From Anaerolineae bacterium (GTDB lineage: Bacteria > Chloroflexota > Anaerolineae > Aggregatilineales > J027), in NCBI GenBank assembly GCA_050303635.1, contig JBNLCD010000002.1:1-51995 (forward strand): 51,995 nt of DNA, in the 5' to 3' direction. How positions within the stretch are numbered: position 1 is the first letter of the stretch; every line of letters begins with the position of its first letter. The position numbers and the translations under genes are program-made. The notes beneath the pieces are model-generated. The model made no database searches, had not been told where the DNA came from, and worked only from the letters and a program-made list of their open reading frames with translations. Shown piece by piece: positions 43,968 to 51,995 of the stretch.

Positions 43968-45125
43968 TTAGCCGTGGCGTTGCATGAAACGATGAATACG
44001 TTCCAATGCTTGCTCGATCTCTTCATAAGAAGTCGCATAACAAGCCCGGACAAAGCCTTTACCACTTTCACCAAAGGCACTTCCCGGAACAACAGCTACT
44101 TTTTCTTCCAAGAGCAATTTTTCAGCAAATGTTTCGTCATCCATTCCGGATAACGTGATTCGTGGGAATGCATAGAAAGCCCCACGTGGCTCAAAACAAT
44201 CAAGACCCAAATCATTCAAACCACCCACCAAGAGCTTACGACGACGATCATATTCAGTCCGCATCATTTGTACGGATTCTTCTTGATCAATAGCAGTAAT
44301 CGCGGCGTATTGGGCAATCGTCGGCGCAGACATAATGCTATATTGATGAATCTTACGCATGGCGGCGATAATTTCGGGTTGGGCCAAGACATAGCCGATC
44401 CGCCAGCCTGTCATGGCGTGACTTTTGCTAAATCCGCCGAGAATGATTGACCGCGATTGCATGTTGGGTAATGAAGCAAAATTCGTATGTTCAATGCCAT
44501 AGGTGAGGCGGTCGTAAATTTCATCAGAAATAACCAAAAGATCGTGTTTTTCAGCAACCTTGGCAATTTCAAGCATGCGTTCGCGCGTTAAAACTGCTCC
44601 CGTGGGGTTATTGGGATAGCCGAGTAACAAAGCTTTTGTTTTGGGTGTAATTGCTTTTTCAATGTCTTCCGCAGTAACTTGGAAGTCTTGTTCAAAATAA
44701 GTTGGAATCATAACCGGCACCGCACCTGCCAAAATAATTTCAGGTGCATACGAGACAAAGCTCGGTTCGGGGACAATCACTTCGTCGCCGGGGTTAAGGG
44801 TAGCGGCGGTTACCAAATATAAAGCTTCACTCACGCCGACGGATACCAAAATTTCATTTTCAGGGCTATAGTTTATGCCATATAAACCATGAACATAGCG
44901 TGCAATAGCTTCGCGGAGCTCCATTAAACCATTGTTGCTGGTGTAATGGGTTTCGCCGCGTTTGAGCGCTTCGACCCCTGCTTCAATAACAGCATCTGGT
45001 GAAGTGAAATCCGGTTCACCAATACCCAGTGAAATTACATCGTCCATAGTGGCGGCAATATCAAAAAATTTCCGAATACCAGATGGAGGAATCATCCCAA
45101 CGCGTTCAGAAACAAATTTACTCAT
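43968..45125 (-). CDS. Class I/II PLP-dependent aminotransferase (aspartate/aromatic aminotransferase-like)
   Basis: The N-terminus is IPPSGIRKFFD. The PLP-lysine motif is GGFSKSHAMTGWRIGY, and YPNNPTG and RACYA signatures are present. The start is placed at ATG 45125, with GGAGA 7 nt upstream; the ORF track extends to 45173. Confidence 0.85.
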   Translation of the reverse strand: MSKFVSERVGMIPPSGIRKFFDIAATMDDVISLGIGEPDFTSPDAVIEAGVEALKRGETHYTSNNGLMELREAIARYVHGLYGINYSPENEILVSVGVSEALYLVTAATLNPGDEVIVPEPSFVSYAPEIILAGAVPVMIPTYFEQDFQVTAEDIEKAITPKTKALLLGYPNNPTGAVLTRERMLEIAKVAEKHDLLVISDEIYDRLTYGIEHTNFASLPNMQSRSIILGGFSKSHAMTGWRIGYVLAQPEIIAAMRKIHQYSIMSAPTIAQYAAITAIDQEESVQMMRTEYDRRRKLLVGGLNDLGLDCFEPRGAFYAFPRITLSGMDDETFAEKLLLEEKVAVVPGSAFGESGKGFVRACYATSYEEIEQALERIHRFMQRHG

Positions 45126-45357
45126 GCACAGTCTCCAATTGATCAAAATTAACTTGCGGATTGAGTATAACATATACCCTATGGATTAGCCCTTAATTCC
45201 TCATAAACTAAAGTTGGATAGCCTAGATAATTTCGTTTCGATAGCAACTGAGTTAAACCAACGAAATTTGATTTGAGTTGCAATTTTGTGAAGGTTGACT
45301 TAATCTCGGAGCATATATTTTCTGCTAGACAATCGGGACGCAAGGGAACACGTTTAT

Positions 45358-46776
45358 ATGCAAATCACATTTCATGGTGCGGCACGGACTGTAACGGGGT
45401 CACAACATCTCATTGAGATTAATGGCCGTCGAATTTTGCTTGATTGTGGACTCTATCAAGGTCGCCGTCGCGAAGCGTTTGAAATTAATCGCGCCTTTGA
45501 GTTTGATCCTAAGTCCATTGACGCTGTAATTCTTTCACATGCCCACATTGACCATTCAGGTGTTTTACCCATGCTAGTTAAGCAAGGCTATACGGGGCCT
45601 ATTTATGCTACCCACGCGACGCGTGATTTATGTTCTTCGATGTTGCCAGATAGTGGTTTTATTCAGGAACGGGATGTTGAATTTGTCAACAAAAAGCGGA
45701 AACGTCGTGGCGAAGAGCCTATTGAGCCGTTGTATACCCAAGAAGATGCCTACAACTGTTTACAGAACTTCACGTCAATCAATCTGGAACGCGACGTAGA
45801 GTTGTTTGAGGGCGTTGTTTTTCGCTATCGAGAAGCGGGACATATGCTGGGAAGTGCTTTTGTTATTCTCGATATGGAAGACCGTGACGAAGGGCGGGAT
45901 ACGCGCCTTGTGTTTAGTGGTGATCTTGGTCAAAAAGATCTACCCATCATTCCTGATCCCAAAACAGTTGACCATGCCGATGTTCTGATCATGGAAAGCA
46001 CCTATGGGGGACGTTTGCATCCGCCCATGTCTGATACAGCCGAAAAATTGAAGACGATTGTGAATCGCATTGTTGAACAAAAAGGTGTCCTGATTATTCC
46101 AGCGTTTGCCGTGGGCCGGACCCAGCAAGTCGTCTATGAATTACAAAAACTTCACAGCGCGGGTGAAATTCCTATCCTGCCGATATTTGTTGATTCGCCG
46201 CTCGCCACTGATGCGACGAACGTGTTTCGTCAACATCCAGAATGTTATGATCGTGAAACGCTCAAATATATGACCGAATATCACGATGATGATATTTTAG
46301 GATTCAAACAACTAAAATACACCCGCAAAGTTGAAGAAAGCAAAGAACTCAACACAATGGAGCCGCCGTTTGTGGTCATCAGTGCCAGCGGGATGATGGA
46401 ACATGGACGCGTTCTGCATCATTTACGCAACCGCATTGAATCACCGCAAAATACAATTTTAGTGACAGGTTGGCAAGCGCCGCACACCTTGGGCCGCAAA
46501 TTGCTGGATGGTGTGTCACCGGTACGTATCTTCGGCCAAGAACATCCCGTCCGGGCTCAGGTTGAAGTCATTCATGGCTTATCGGGACATGGTGATGAGC
46601 AAGATTTAGTTGAATGGGCCGGCGCAATCCAAAAACGTCCCCAACAAACCTATTTGGTGCATGGTGAACTGGATGCCGCCCAAGCACTATCAAAAGCTTT
46701 ACAAGAGAAGCTCGGTTTAGAAAAAATCACGATTCCTGAACCTCACGCGTCTTTTGTCTATCCATCTGAAAACTAA
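45358..46776 (+). CDS. Metallo-beta-lactamase / beta-CASP family ribonuclease (COG1236-type)
   Basis: 472 aa. It starts MQITFHGAARTVTGS and carries the HxHxDH motif (SHAHIDHSG). The beta-CASP region reads (...IMESTYGGR...IPAFAVGRTQ...). The C-terminal His reads (GLSGHGD). Confidence 0.8.
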   Translation: MQITFHGAARTVTGSQHLIEINGRRILLDCGLYQGRRREAFEINRAFEFDPKSIDAVILSHAHIDHSGVLPMLVKQGYTGPIYATHATRDLCSSMLPDSGFIQERDVEFVNKKRKRRGEEPIEPLYTQEDAYNCLQNFTSINLERDVELFEGVVFRYREAGHMLGSAFVILDMEDRDEGRDTRLVFSGDLGQKDLPIIPDPKTVDHADVLIMESTYGGRLHPPMSDTAEKLKTIVNRIVEQKGVLIIPAFAVGRTQQVVYELQKLHSAGEIPILPIFVDSPLATDATNVFRQHPECYDRETLKYMTEYHDDDILGFKQLKYTRKVEESKELNTMEPPFVVISASGMMEHGRVLHHLRNRIESPQNTILVTGWQAPHTLGRKLLDGVSPVRIFGQEHPVRAQVEVIHGLSGHGDEQDLVEWAGAIQKRPQQTYLVHGELDAAQALSKALQEKLGLEKITIPEPHASFVYPSEN

Positions 46777-46803
46777 CGCGAGCAATACATCCATGCCCAG
46801 TAT

Positions 46804-47307
46804 CTAATCAGTTTCAGGTTGATATTGGGCATTTTTCATATTTCCCACAAAACCACCCACATTTTCATGTCCTAAAAGTTGCCGGATTGCTTGCGATTCA
46901 CCGAGATGATACCAATAGTGATATATCATCCGATATAACATGGTGCCAATTGTTTCTTGGCGGCGCGTTTGGTTCGGAAATATCGTCCGTAATTGGTCGG
47001 GAGTTAGCGTTTCCAAGTAAGGATTCGCGGCTTCAGTCACAATCTCCCAAGCTGACCACATTTCAGCCAATGGCGGTGTGCTAGCGGGTTGTCCAAATCC
47101 AAAATTCGCTAATTCTGGCACCAATGTTTTACCTTGTGCACGTTCGAGCCAGTATGATTGTTCTTGCCATGCCAAATGCCCAACCAACCAGCTCAAACAA
47201 TTCATGGGTTCAAAGCGTTTAACTGCTTCTTCATCAGAAATACCCGCAAAAGCGCGTTGCCATTCGCTTCGGGTAAAATAAAGTTGTGTCAGAAGAGGAT
47301 GATTCAT
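46804..47307 (-). CDS. DinB-family (DinB_2-like) four-helix-bundle protein
   Basis: 167 aa. His-containing helices (LVGHLAWQEQ, MIYHYWYHLGE) are typical of DinB/YfiT-like metal-binding bundles. Confidence 0.6.
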   Translation of the reverse strand: MNHPLLTQLYFTRSEWQRAFAGISDEEAVKRFEPMNCLSWLVGHLAWQEQSYWLERAQGKTLVPELANFGFGQPASTPPLAEMWSAWEIVTEAANPYLETLTPDQLRTIFPNQTRRQETIGTMLYRMIYHYWYHLGESQAIRQLLGHENVGGFVGNMKNAQYQPETD

Positions 47308-47548
47308 CAGAATATGGTCCTTTTACATCTCAACATCAATGTCTAAAACATTGTATACTACTTCAGTGGAATATAGTTTTGGGTAGACGAATATTGATTT
47401 CTGTGTCAAAGTAGCGCTGGAAATATACAAATTTCAGAACTATCTAAAACATGTGATAGCGCCCATATTCTATGTTTTACAATCAACCATAATCATGAAA
47501 TTAAACGCTCAAAGTTTTACTGAGTATATCGGAAGGATAAGATAGCCG

Positions 47549-48502
47549 ATGGCAACTTTAGTCACGGGCGGTGCTGGATTTATTGGAAGTCATGTCGCCG
47601 AGAAGTTACTTGAACAAGGCGATACGGTCGTTATCATCGATAATTTTAACGACTACTATGACCCTGATCTCAAAGAACGTAATATCAATCGTCTGGGGGA
47701 ACATCCGCAATTAACAGTTTATCGTGGCGATATCCGTGATAATGAACTGATCGCTGATATTTTCAATAAACATGATATTACGCGTGTGGCTCATTTAGCG
47801 GCGATGGCGGGTGTTCGTGAAAGTGTTAATCAAGTCCGTCTCTATGTCGACGTAAATGTCAACGGCACTATGAATCTGTTAGAAAATGCGCGTGAGCATA
47901 ATGTCAACTTATTTGTCTTTGCCTCGACTAGCTCAGTCTACGGCAGAACCGAAATATTGCCATTCATCGAAACAGATATGGCAGATCGGCCCTTAGCCTC
48001 TTATCCGGCGAGTAAACGAGCGGCTGAATTGTTAGCTCACACCTATCATAACCTAGTCGGGATGAATATCACGATTTTGCGTTTCTTCAATGTTTATGGT
48101 CCAGCGGGACGTCCCGATATGATGCCCCTCCGTTTAATGGATGCCGCTTTTAGTGGCAAAGAAATTCCGATTTTTAATGGTGGCGATATCCATCGCGATT
48201 GGACCTATATTGATGATACGGTTAACGGTGTTGTCGCGGCCTTAGAACGCGAACTCGGTTATGAAGTCATCAATCTCGGTTGTGGCGCGCCCATATCCCT
48301 GAGTGATTTTGTTGATGCCATTGAAGAATTAACCGGACAGGAAATCAACAAAAAGATTGTCCCAACGCCGCCGAGTGACCCGCCTATCACCTTTTGCAAT
48401 AACGACAAGGCCCGTCGTTTGCTTGATTTTAACCCCCAAACAAGCGTCATTGATGGACTTGCTAAAACATGGGCTTGGTATCGCGAAACCTATCAAAAAT
48501 AA
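47549..48502 (+). CDS. NAD-dependent nucleotide-sugar epimerase (UDP-glucuronate 4-epimerase-like SDR)
   Basis: The Rossmann motif is TGGAGFIGSH. DNFNDYYDPDLKERN is characteristic of UDP-GlcA 4-epimerases. The catalytic motifs are STSSVYG and YPASKRAAE (YxxxK). Confidence 0.75.
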   Translation: MATLVTGGAGFIGSHVAEKLLEQGDTVVIIDNFNDYYDPDLKERNINRLGEHPQLTVYRGDIRDNELIADIFNKHDITRVAHLAAMAGVRESVNQVRLYVDVNVNGTMNLLENAREHNVNLFVFASTSSVYGRTEILPFIETDMADRPLASYPASKRAAELLAHTYHNLVGMNITILRFFNVYGPAGRPDMMPLRLMDAAFSGKEIPIFNGGDIHRDWTYIDDTVNGVVAALERELGYEVINLGCGAPISLSDFVDAIEELTGQEINKKIVPTPPSDPPITFCNNDKARRLLDFNPQTSVIDGLAKTWAWYRETYQK

Positions 48503-48603
48503 CAGAGTGTTTACAATTTCAAACAATTTGTTAATGGAGTTTTAATGAAATATCTCTACCATAAACAATACTGCAAACGAACAATCATATAGGGAGTAAA
48601 CAT

Positions 48604-48954
48604 TTGATGAATAATCTCATCCTCGTCATTAATGGTGGGCATGATACCGATGTACTCAAGTACAGTTTCGAAGCTAACGATTTCCAAGTATTTTTTGTCC
48701 ACGACGAGCATGAAGCACTTCAAATGACCCAAGATATCCGACCCCGAATGATATTGATTGATCTGGAATCCAATTCCTTAAATCAATGGGAAACCATGAA
48801 AAACCATCTGCAGGATTTAGGTATTCCCACCATCGCTTTAGGCGCTAGTCAAGAGATTATGCGTCGCCCATTCATCAGCATTTTTGATGGGTTTTTGGAA
48901 AAGCCATTTGGGCATGGAGCGGTTCGAGAATTGGTGACAACCTTTCTCAACTAA
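48604..48954 (+). CDS. Single-domain receiver-like protein lacking the N-terminal acidic pocket (pseudo-receiver)
   Basis: 116 aa with CheY-like topology. It reads LILVINGGHD where (E/D)DD is expected. The Asp is retained in MILIDLES and the Lys in LEKPF. The start is TTG 48604 or ATG 48607. Confidence 0.55.
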   Translation: MMNNLILVINGGHDTDVLKYSFEANDFQVFFVHDEHEALQMTQDIRPRMILIDLESNSLNQWETMKNHLQDLGIPTIALGASQEIMRRPFISIFDGFLEKPFGHGAVRELVTTFLN

Positions 48955-48983
48955 GATCAATTTCAAAATAACCTAAACCAAAA

Positions 48984-49015
48984 GGGGAGCTAATTGTTAG
49001 CTCCCCTAATTTTTT
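48984..49015. terminator. Bidirectional rho-independent terminator between convergent genes
   Basis: GGGGAGCTAA pairs with TTAGCTCCCC, 10 bp perfect. The loop is 3 nt and is followed by TAATTTTTT. An A-run lies on the 5' side. Confidence 0.85.
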
Positions 49016-49036
49016 CGCCACACATCGAGATTTATC

Positions 49037-50980
49037 TTAAATTTTGAGCGGATCGGTCAAGATTTCAACAATTGCAGGTTTATCTTGTAAAAGTCCTTCT
49101 TGCAATGCCTCAGCTAAATCCTCAGCCTTGGTTACCCGCCGACCCCAACCGCCACAACTTACAGCGAATTCGGCGAAATTTGGATTGACCAGATTCGTTT
49201 GCCATACAGGGAATTGACCCGCGCGTTGTTCCTTACTGATTTTACCAAGTTCACTGTTATTTAATAAGACGAGCGTAATGGGCATGCCATATTTGACAGC
49301 GGTCGTAAATTCCATTGCATATTGACCAAAACCGCCATCGCCAGCTACCGCAATAATTTTACGATCAGGAGCCGCCGCCCAAGCACCCATCGCCGCCGGA
49401 AAAGCAAAGCCTATGGAACCTAAATAACCGGACATAAGCACATCTTGGCCTGCTTTGGTTTCAAAATAGCGACCAAATGAATAGGTGTTATTGCCGACAT
49501 CCACTGCTAGCACAGCGTTTTCAGGGACAGCTTGACTTAGTTCAGCAAATAACCGCGCTGAGTTAATTCCATGTTCATCAGAAGTGTTCGCTCGTTTGGC
49601 TTTTTCCTCACGCCAACTTGCCCAGCGTCCCGCTATTTCTTGAGGAATAAAATCACGTTGCCAGTTCTCTTCGGCCAAGGCGTCAACCAGCAAGTCAACA
49701 GTTGTACCGATATCTCCCCATAACGGGACATCAACCGGATGGAATTTTCCTAACATCATGCGATCATAATCAACTTGAATAATCTTCTTTTTGTCACTAA
49801 TGCCGGTATGATTGGAGAATGATGCACCCAATACCAATAAAACTTCACCTCGATACATCATCATACTTCCCACGGGTGTGCCGGAACGACCTAATACCCC
49901 GCAGGCGAGTGGATGATCATCTGGAATAAGCCCCTTAGCTTTAAAAGTAGTGATCACTGGGGCATTCAACATTTCAGCTAACTTAATTACTTTTTCTTGA
50001 TGAAAACGTGCACCATGTCCGACGATAATGGTCACGATTTTTGCTTGACGTATAAGTTCAACCGCTTCTTCAAATTCGGCTTGAGGAGGTGCGATTTGCG
50101 TAGTTGATATGCGGCCATGTTGGGGCGTATTAGGCGGTTCTTCCAACCCGGATGCAACTTGGATTTCATCCGGAAAAACCAGATGCGCGACATCCCGATT
50201 TACAATGGCATGTTTGAGGGCTAAAGCCATCAAATCACTGGCATTTTTAGCGCCTAAGACAACTTGGCTCCATTCTGCAACAGCACTAAAGGCGGCAGAT
50301 AAATCTACTTCTTGAAATGCACCGGGGCCAAGCACTTGGGTATTCACCTGTCCACTCAAAGCTAAAATAGGGGCACGATCAACTTTAGCATCCCACAAAC
50401 CCGTTAAAAGATTGGTTGAGCCCGGACCCGCGATACCGAAACAGGCGGCTGGTTTACCTGTCAATTTTGCATAACCACTTGCCGCAAAGGCCGCCGCACC
50501 TTCATGCCGTACGCCAATAAAGGTCAGTTTGCCCAAATCTGCTTGACGTTGCATTGCATGCGCTAATCCTAGATTGGAGTGCCCCACCATACCAAAAACG
50601 TGCGTTAGTCCCCAATCAACAGCAACTTCCATCATTTGATCTGAAATAGTGTAGATGGGTTCAGATTCTTCAATAGCCACATAGACCCCATCTTCCCGCT
50701 CTTCAACAGGATAGGTTGCAACGCTATCTTCAAATCCGGGCGGTGGATTTCCATCGACTGGTGAATATTCCCACGCGTGCCAAGGACACACCACATAGCC
50801 GTTGACAATTTGGCCTTCGCCTAATGGCCCCCCTTGATGCGGACAAGCATTATCTAAAGCCCGGTACTCGCCATTGAATTTCACTAAACAAATAGATTTA
50901 ACCCCTGCCGTCGTGCTTGTTACACGTCCTTCATCTAAGCTATCTCTCTCACCAACTTTGTGCCATTGTGGTTTTGACAT
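49037..50980 (-). CDS. Rieske [2Fe-2S] domain fused to a thiamine-diphosphate enzyme (acetolactate synthase/pyruvate oxidase family)
   Basis: 647 aa. The N-terminal approximately 105 aa carry the Rieske motifs CPHQGGPL and CPWHAWEY. Then come TPP_enzyme_N (VFGMVGHSNLGLAHA...GIAGPGSTNLLTGLWDA) and a C-terminal ThDP/Mg motif (AVAGDGGFGQYAMEFTTAVKYGMPITLVLLNNSELG). Confidence 0.8.
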   Translation of the reverse strand: MSKPQWHKVGERDSLDEGRVTSTTAGVKSICLVKFNGEYRALDNACPHQGGPLGEGQIVNGYVVCPWHAWEYSPVDGNPPPGFEDSVATYPVEEREDGVYVAIEESEPIYTISDQMMEVAVDWGLTHVFGMVGHSNLGLAHAMQRQADLGKLTFIGVRHEGAAAFAASGYAKLTGKPAACFGIAGPGSTNLLTGLWDAKVDRAPILALSGQVNTQVLGPGAFQEVDLSAAFSAVAEWSQVVLGAKNASDLMALALKHAIVNRDVAHLVFPDEIQVASGLEEPPNTPQHGRISTTQIAPPQAEFEEAVELIRQAKIVTIIVGHGARFHQEKVIKLAEMLNAPVITTFKAKGLIPDDHPLACGVLGRSGTPVGSMMMYRGEVLLVLGASFSNHTGISDKKKIIQVDYDRMMLGKFHPVDVPLWGDIGTTVDLLVDALAEENWQRDFIPQEIAGRWASWREEKAKRANTSDEHGINSARLFAELSQAVPENAVLAVDVGNNTYSFGRYFETKAGQDVLMSGYLGSIGFAFPAAMGAWAAAPDRKIIAVAGDGGFGQYAMEFTTAVKYGMPITLVLLNNSELGKISKEQRAGQFPVWQTNLVNPNFAEFAVSCGGWGRRVTKAEDLAEALQEGLLQDKPAIVEILTDPLKI

Positions 50981-51201
50981 GTGGAGCCTTCCCTCTTGTA
51001 ATTGGCATTGGATTCAATCTTAACGTGTCCATATGTAGTTTACGAAAATTCTTGATGTCTTGGATGTCTACGTTTTCAGCCTAAAAGGGTCGTTTAATTT
51101 TCTACTCTCCCAAAAATTAGGGGGATAATTTCCAAATACAAACTTTCTCCCGACTAAATCTCTAAACAGCGCAAACGGTTTACGTATTTCGGGAGGAAAC
51201 C

Positions 51202-51995
51202 ATGAGCGAAACAGTCGTTGATGATAGATATATCTTGCATGAAATTATCGGTGCAGGTGGTATGGGCACAGTCTATGCCGCTACTGATATGCACACCGAT
51301 CAAATCGTAGCCTTAAAGCGTGTAGATTTAACGCGACATGGCCGAGTGAATCAAGGCACGCCCAAACGTAAAGAACGCGAAACTGCCCTTATTCATGAAT
51401 TCAAGACATTGACCAAGTTAAGTCATCCGCACATCATTCATGTTCTTGACTACGGCCTTGATGACAAAGAACAACCCTATTTCACAATGGAATATTTAGA
51501 AGAAGCGGAAACGATTGTCCAAGCGGGGCAAGAACTTGCGCTTGAAGACAAATTGCATCTGGTGATCCAAGTTTTTCAAGCACTTGATTATCTGCATCAG
51601 GCCAATATTCTGCACCGCGATCTAAAACCAGAAAATATATTGGTTGTGAACAATCATGTGTATTTAGTAGATTTTGGCTTGGCAAGTACGCCCCATGCTC
51701 TGCACGAAACGGTTGGAACATTAGCCTATATGGCACCGGAGCTACTGCAAGACCAACCCGTTGATTTACGCGCAGATTTGTATTCTATTGGGGTGATTGC
51801 TTACGAAATGTTGACGGGCAGTCATCCCTGTGAAGGCATGACGATCAAAGAATTTATCAGTGCAGTGTTATGTGATATGCCAGACTTATCACAATTACCA
51901 GATATTGGCGAAAAGACGGATCATTTAATCCTAATCTTTCAGGGTCTCTTGGCTAAAAATCCAACAGCACGGTATGGCAATGCCACTAGGGTCTT
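51202..51995 (+). CDS. Ser/Thr protein kinase, 5' partial (runs off the window); paralog of 22591-25677
   Basis: This ORF is not in the supplied track because it is open-ended. ATG 51202 follows GGGAGGA. My translation is MSETVVDDRYILHEIIGAGGMGTVYAA...VALK...HRDLKPENIL...DFG...LAYMAPE. LSHPHIIHVLDYG...PYFTMEYL closely parallels the first kinase. Confidence 0.8.
   Translation, partial: MSETVVDDRYILHEIIGAGGMGTVYAATDMHTDQIVALKRVDLTRHGRVNQGTPKRKERETALIHEFKTLTKLSHPHIIHVLDYGLDDKEQPYFTMEYLEEAETIVQAGQELALEDKLHLVIQVFQALDYLHQANILHRDLKPENILVVNNHVYLVDFGLASTPHALHETVGTLAYMAPELLQDQPVDLRADLYSIGVIAYEMLTGSHPCEGMTIKEFISAVLCDMPDLSQLPDIGEKTDHLILIFQGLLAKNPTARYGNATRV

Noticed and set aside
1-51995. A mobile element, prophage, integron, defence island, or tRNA/rRNA genes.
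   Set aside because: I saw no transposase, integrase, recombinase or phage structural ORFs. I found no terminal inverted repeats, no tRNA-like T-arm (GGTTCGAATCC-type) sequences in the spacers, and no restriction, Cas, Abi or TA-like gene pairs.

Overview
This 52-kb window looks like ordinary chromosomal DNA from a Terrabacteria-type bacterium. A Chloroflexota-like origin is my guess from gene content only, with low certainty. I call 33 protein genes, one clear RNA gene, and a set of good rho-independent terminators. The RNA gene is the SRP 4.5S-type RNA on the minus strand at about 9320-9459. I found no CRISPR array, tRNA, rRNA, transposase, integrase, phage gene, or recognisable defence or toxin-antitoxin genes.

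The region is unusually rich in signalling proteins:
- a 2976-aa histidine kinase with about 13 GAF and 2 PAS domains
- a 1310-aa 6xGAF-PP2C phosphatase
- two paralogous Ser/Thr-kinase/AAA/TPR proteins
- four receiver-domain proteins, two of them degenerate

Housekeeping and metabolic genes are:
- rsmA
- a DUF348-G5 protein
- korAB
- etfBA
- an aminotransferase
- a beta-CASP RNase
- an epimerase
- a GT39 glycosyltransferase
- three secreted WD40-like beta-propeller proteins

The best candidates for undescribed biology are architectural:
1. Alpha/beta-hydrolase-fold proteins are paired twice with multi-GAF signalling enzymes, in an RsbQ/RsbP-like logic. One of the two hydrolase-fold proteins has lost its nucleophile serine.
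2. A 2-oxoacid:ferredoxin oxidoreductase operon is framed by CBS domains, with a free-standing CBS protein upstream and a KorB-CBS fusion.
3. A Rieske [2Fe-2S] domain is fused to a ThDP enzyme.
4. A cyanobacterial-type acyl-ACP-reductase-like gene sits without a deformylating oxygenase, next to the signalling cluster.
5. The SRP RNA gene abuts the start codon of the DUF348-G5/rsmA genes with no terminator between them.

All functional assignments come from reading motifs in the supplied translations. No database search was possible.
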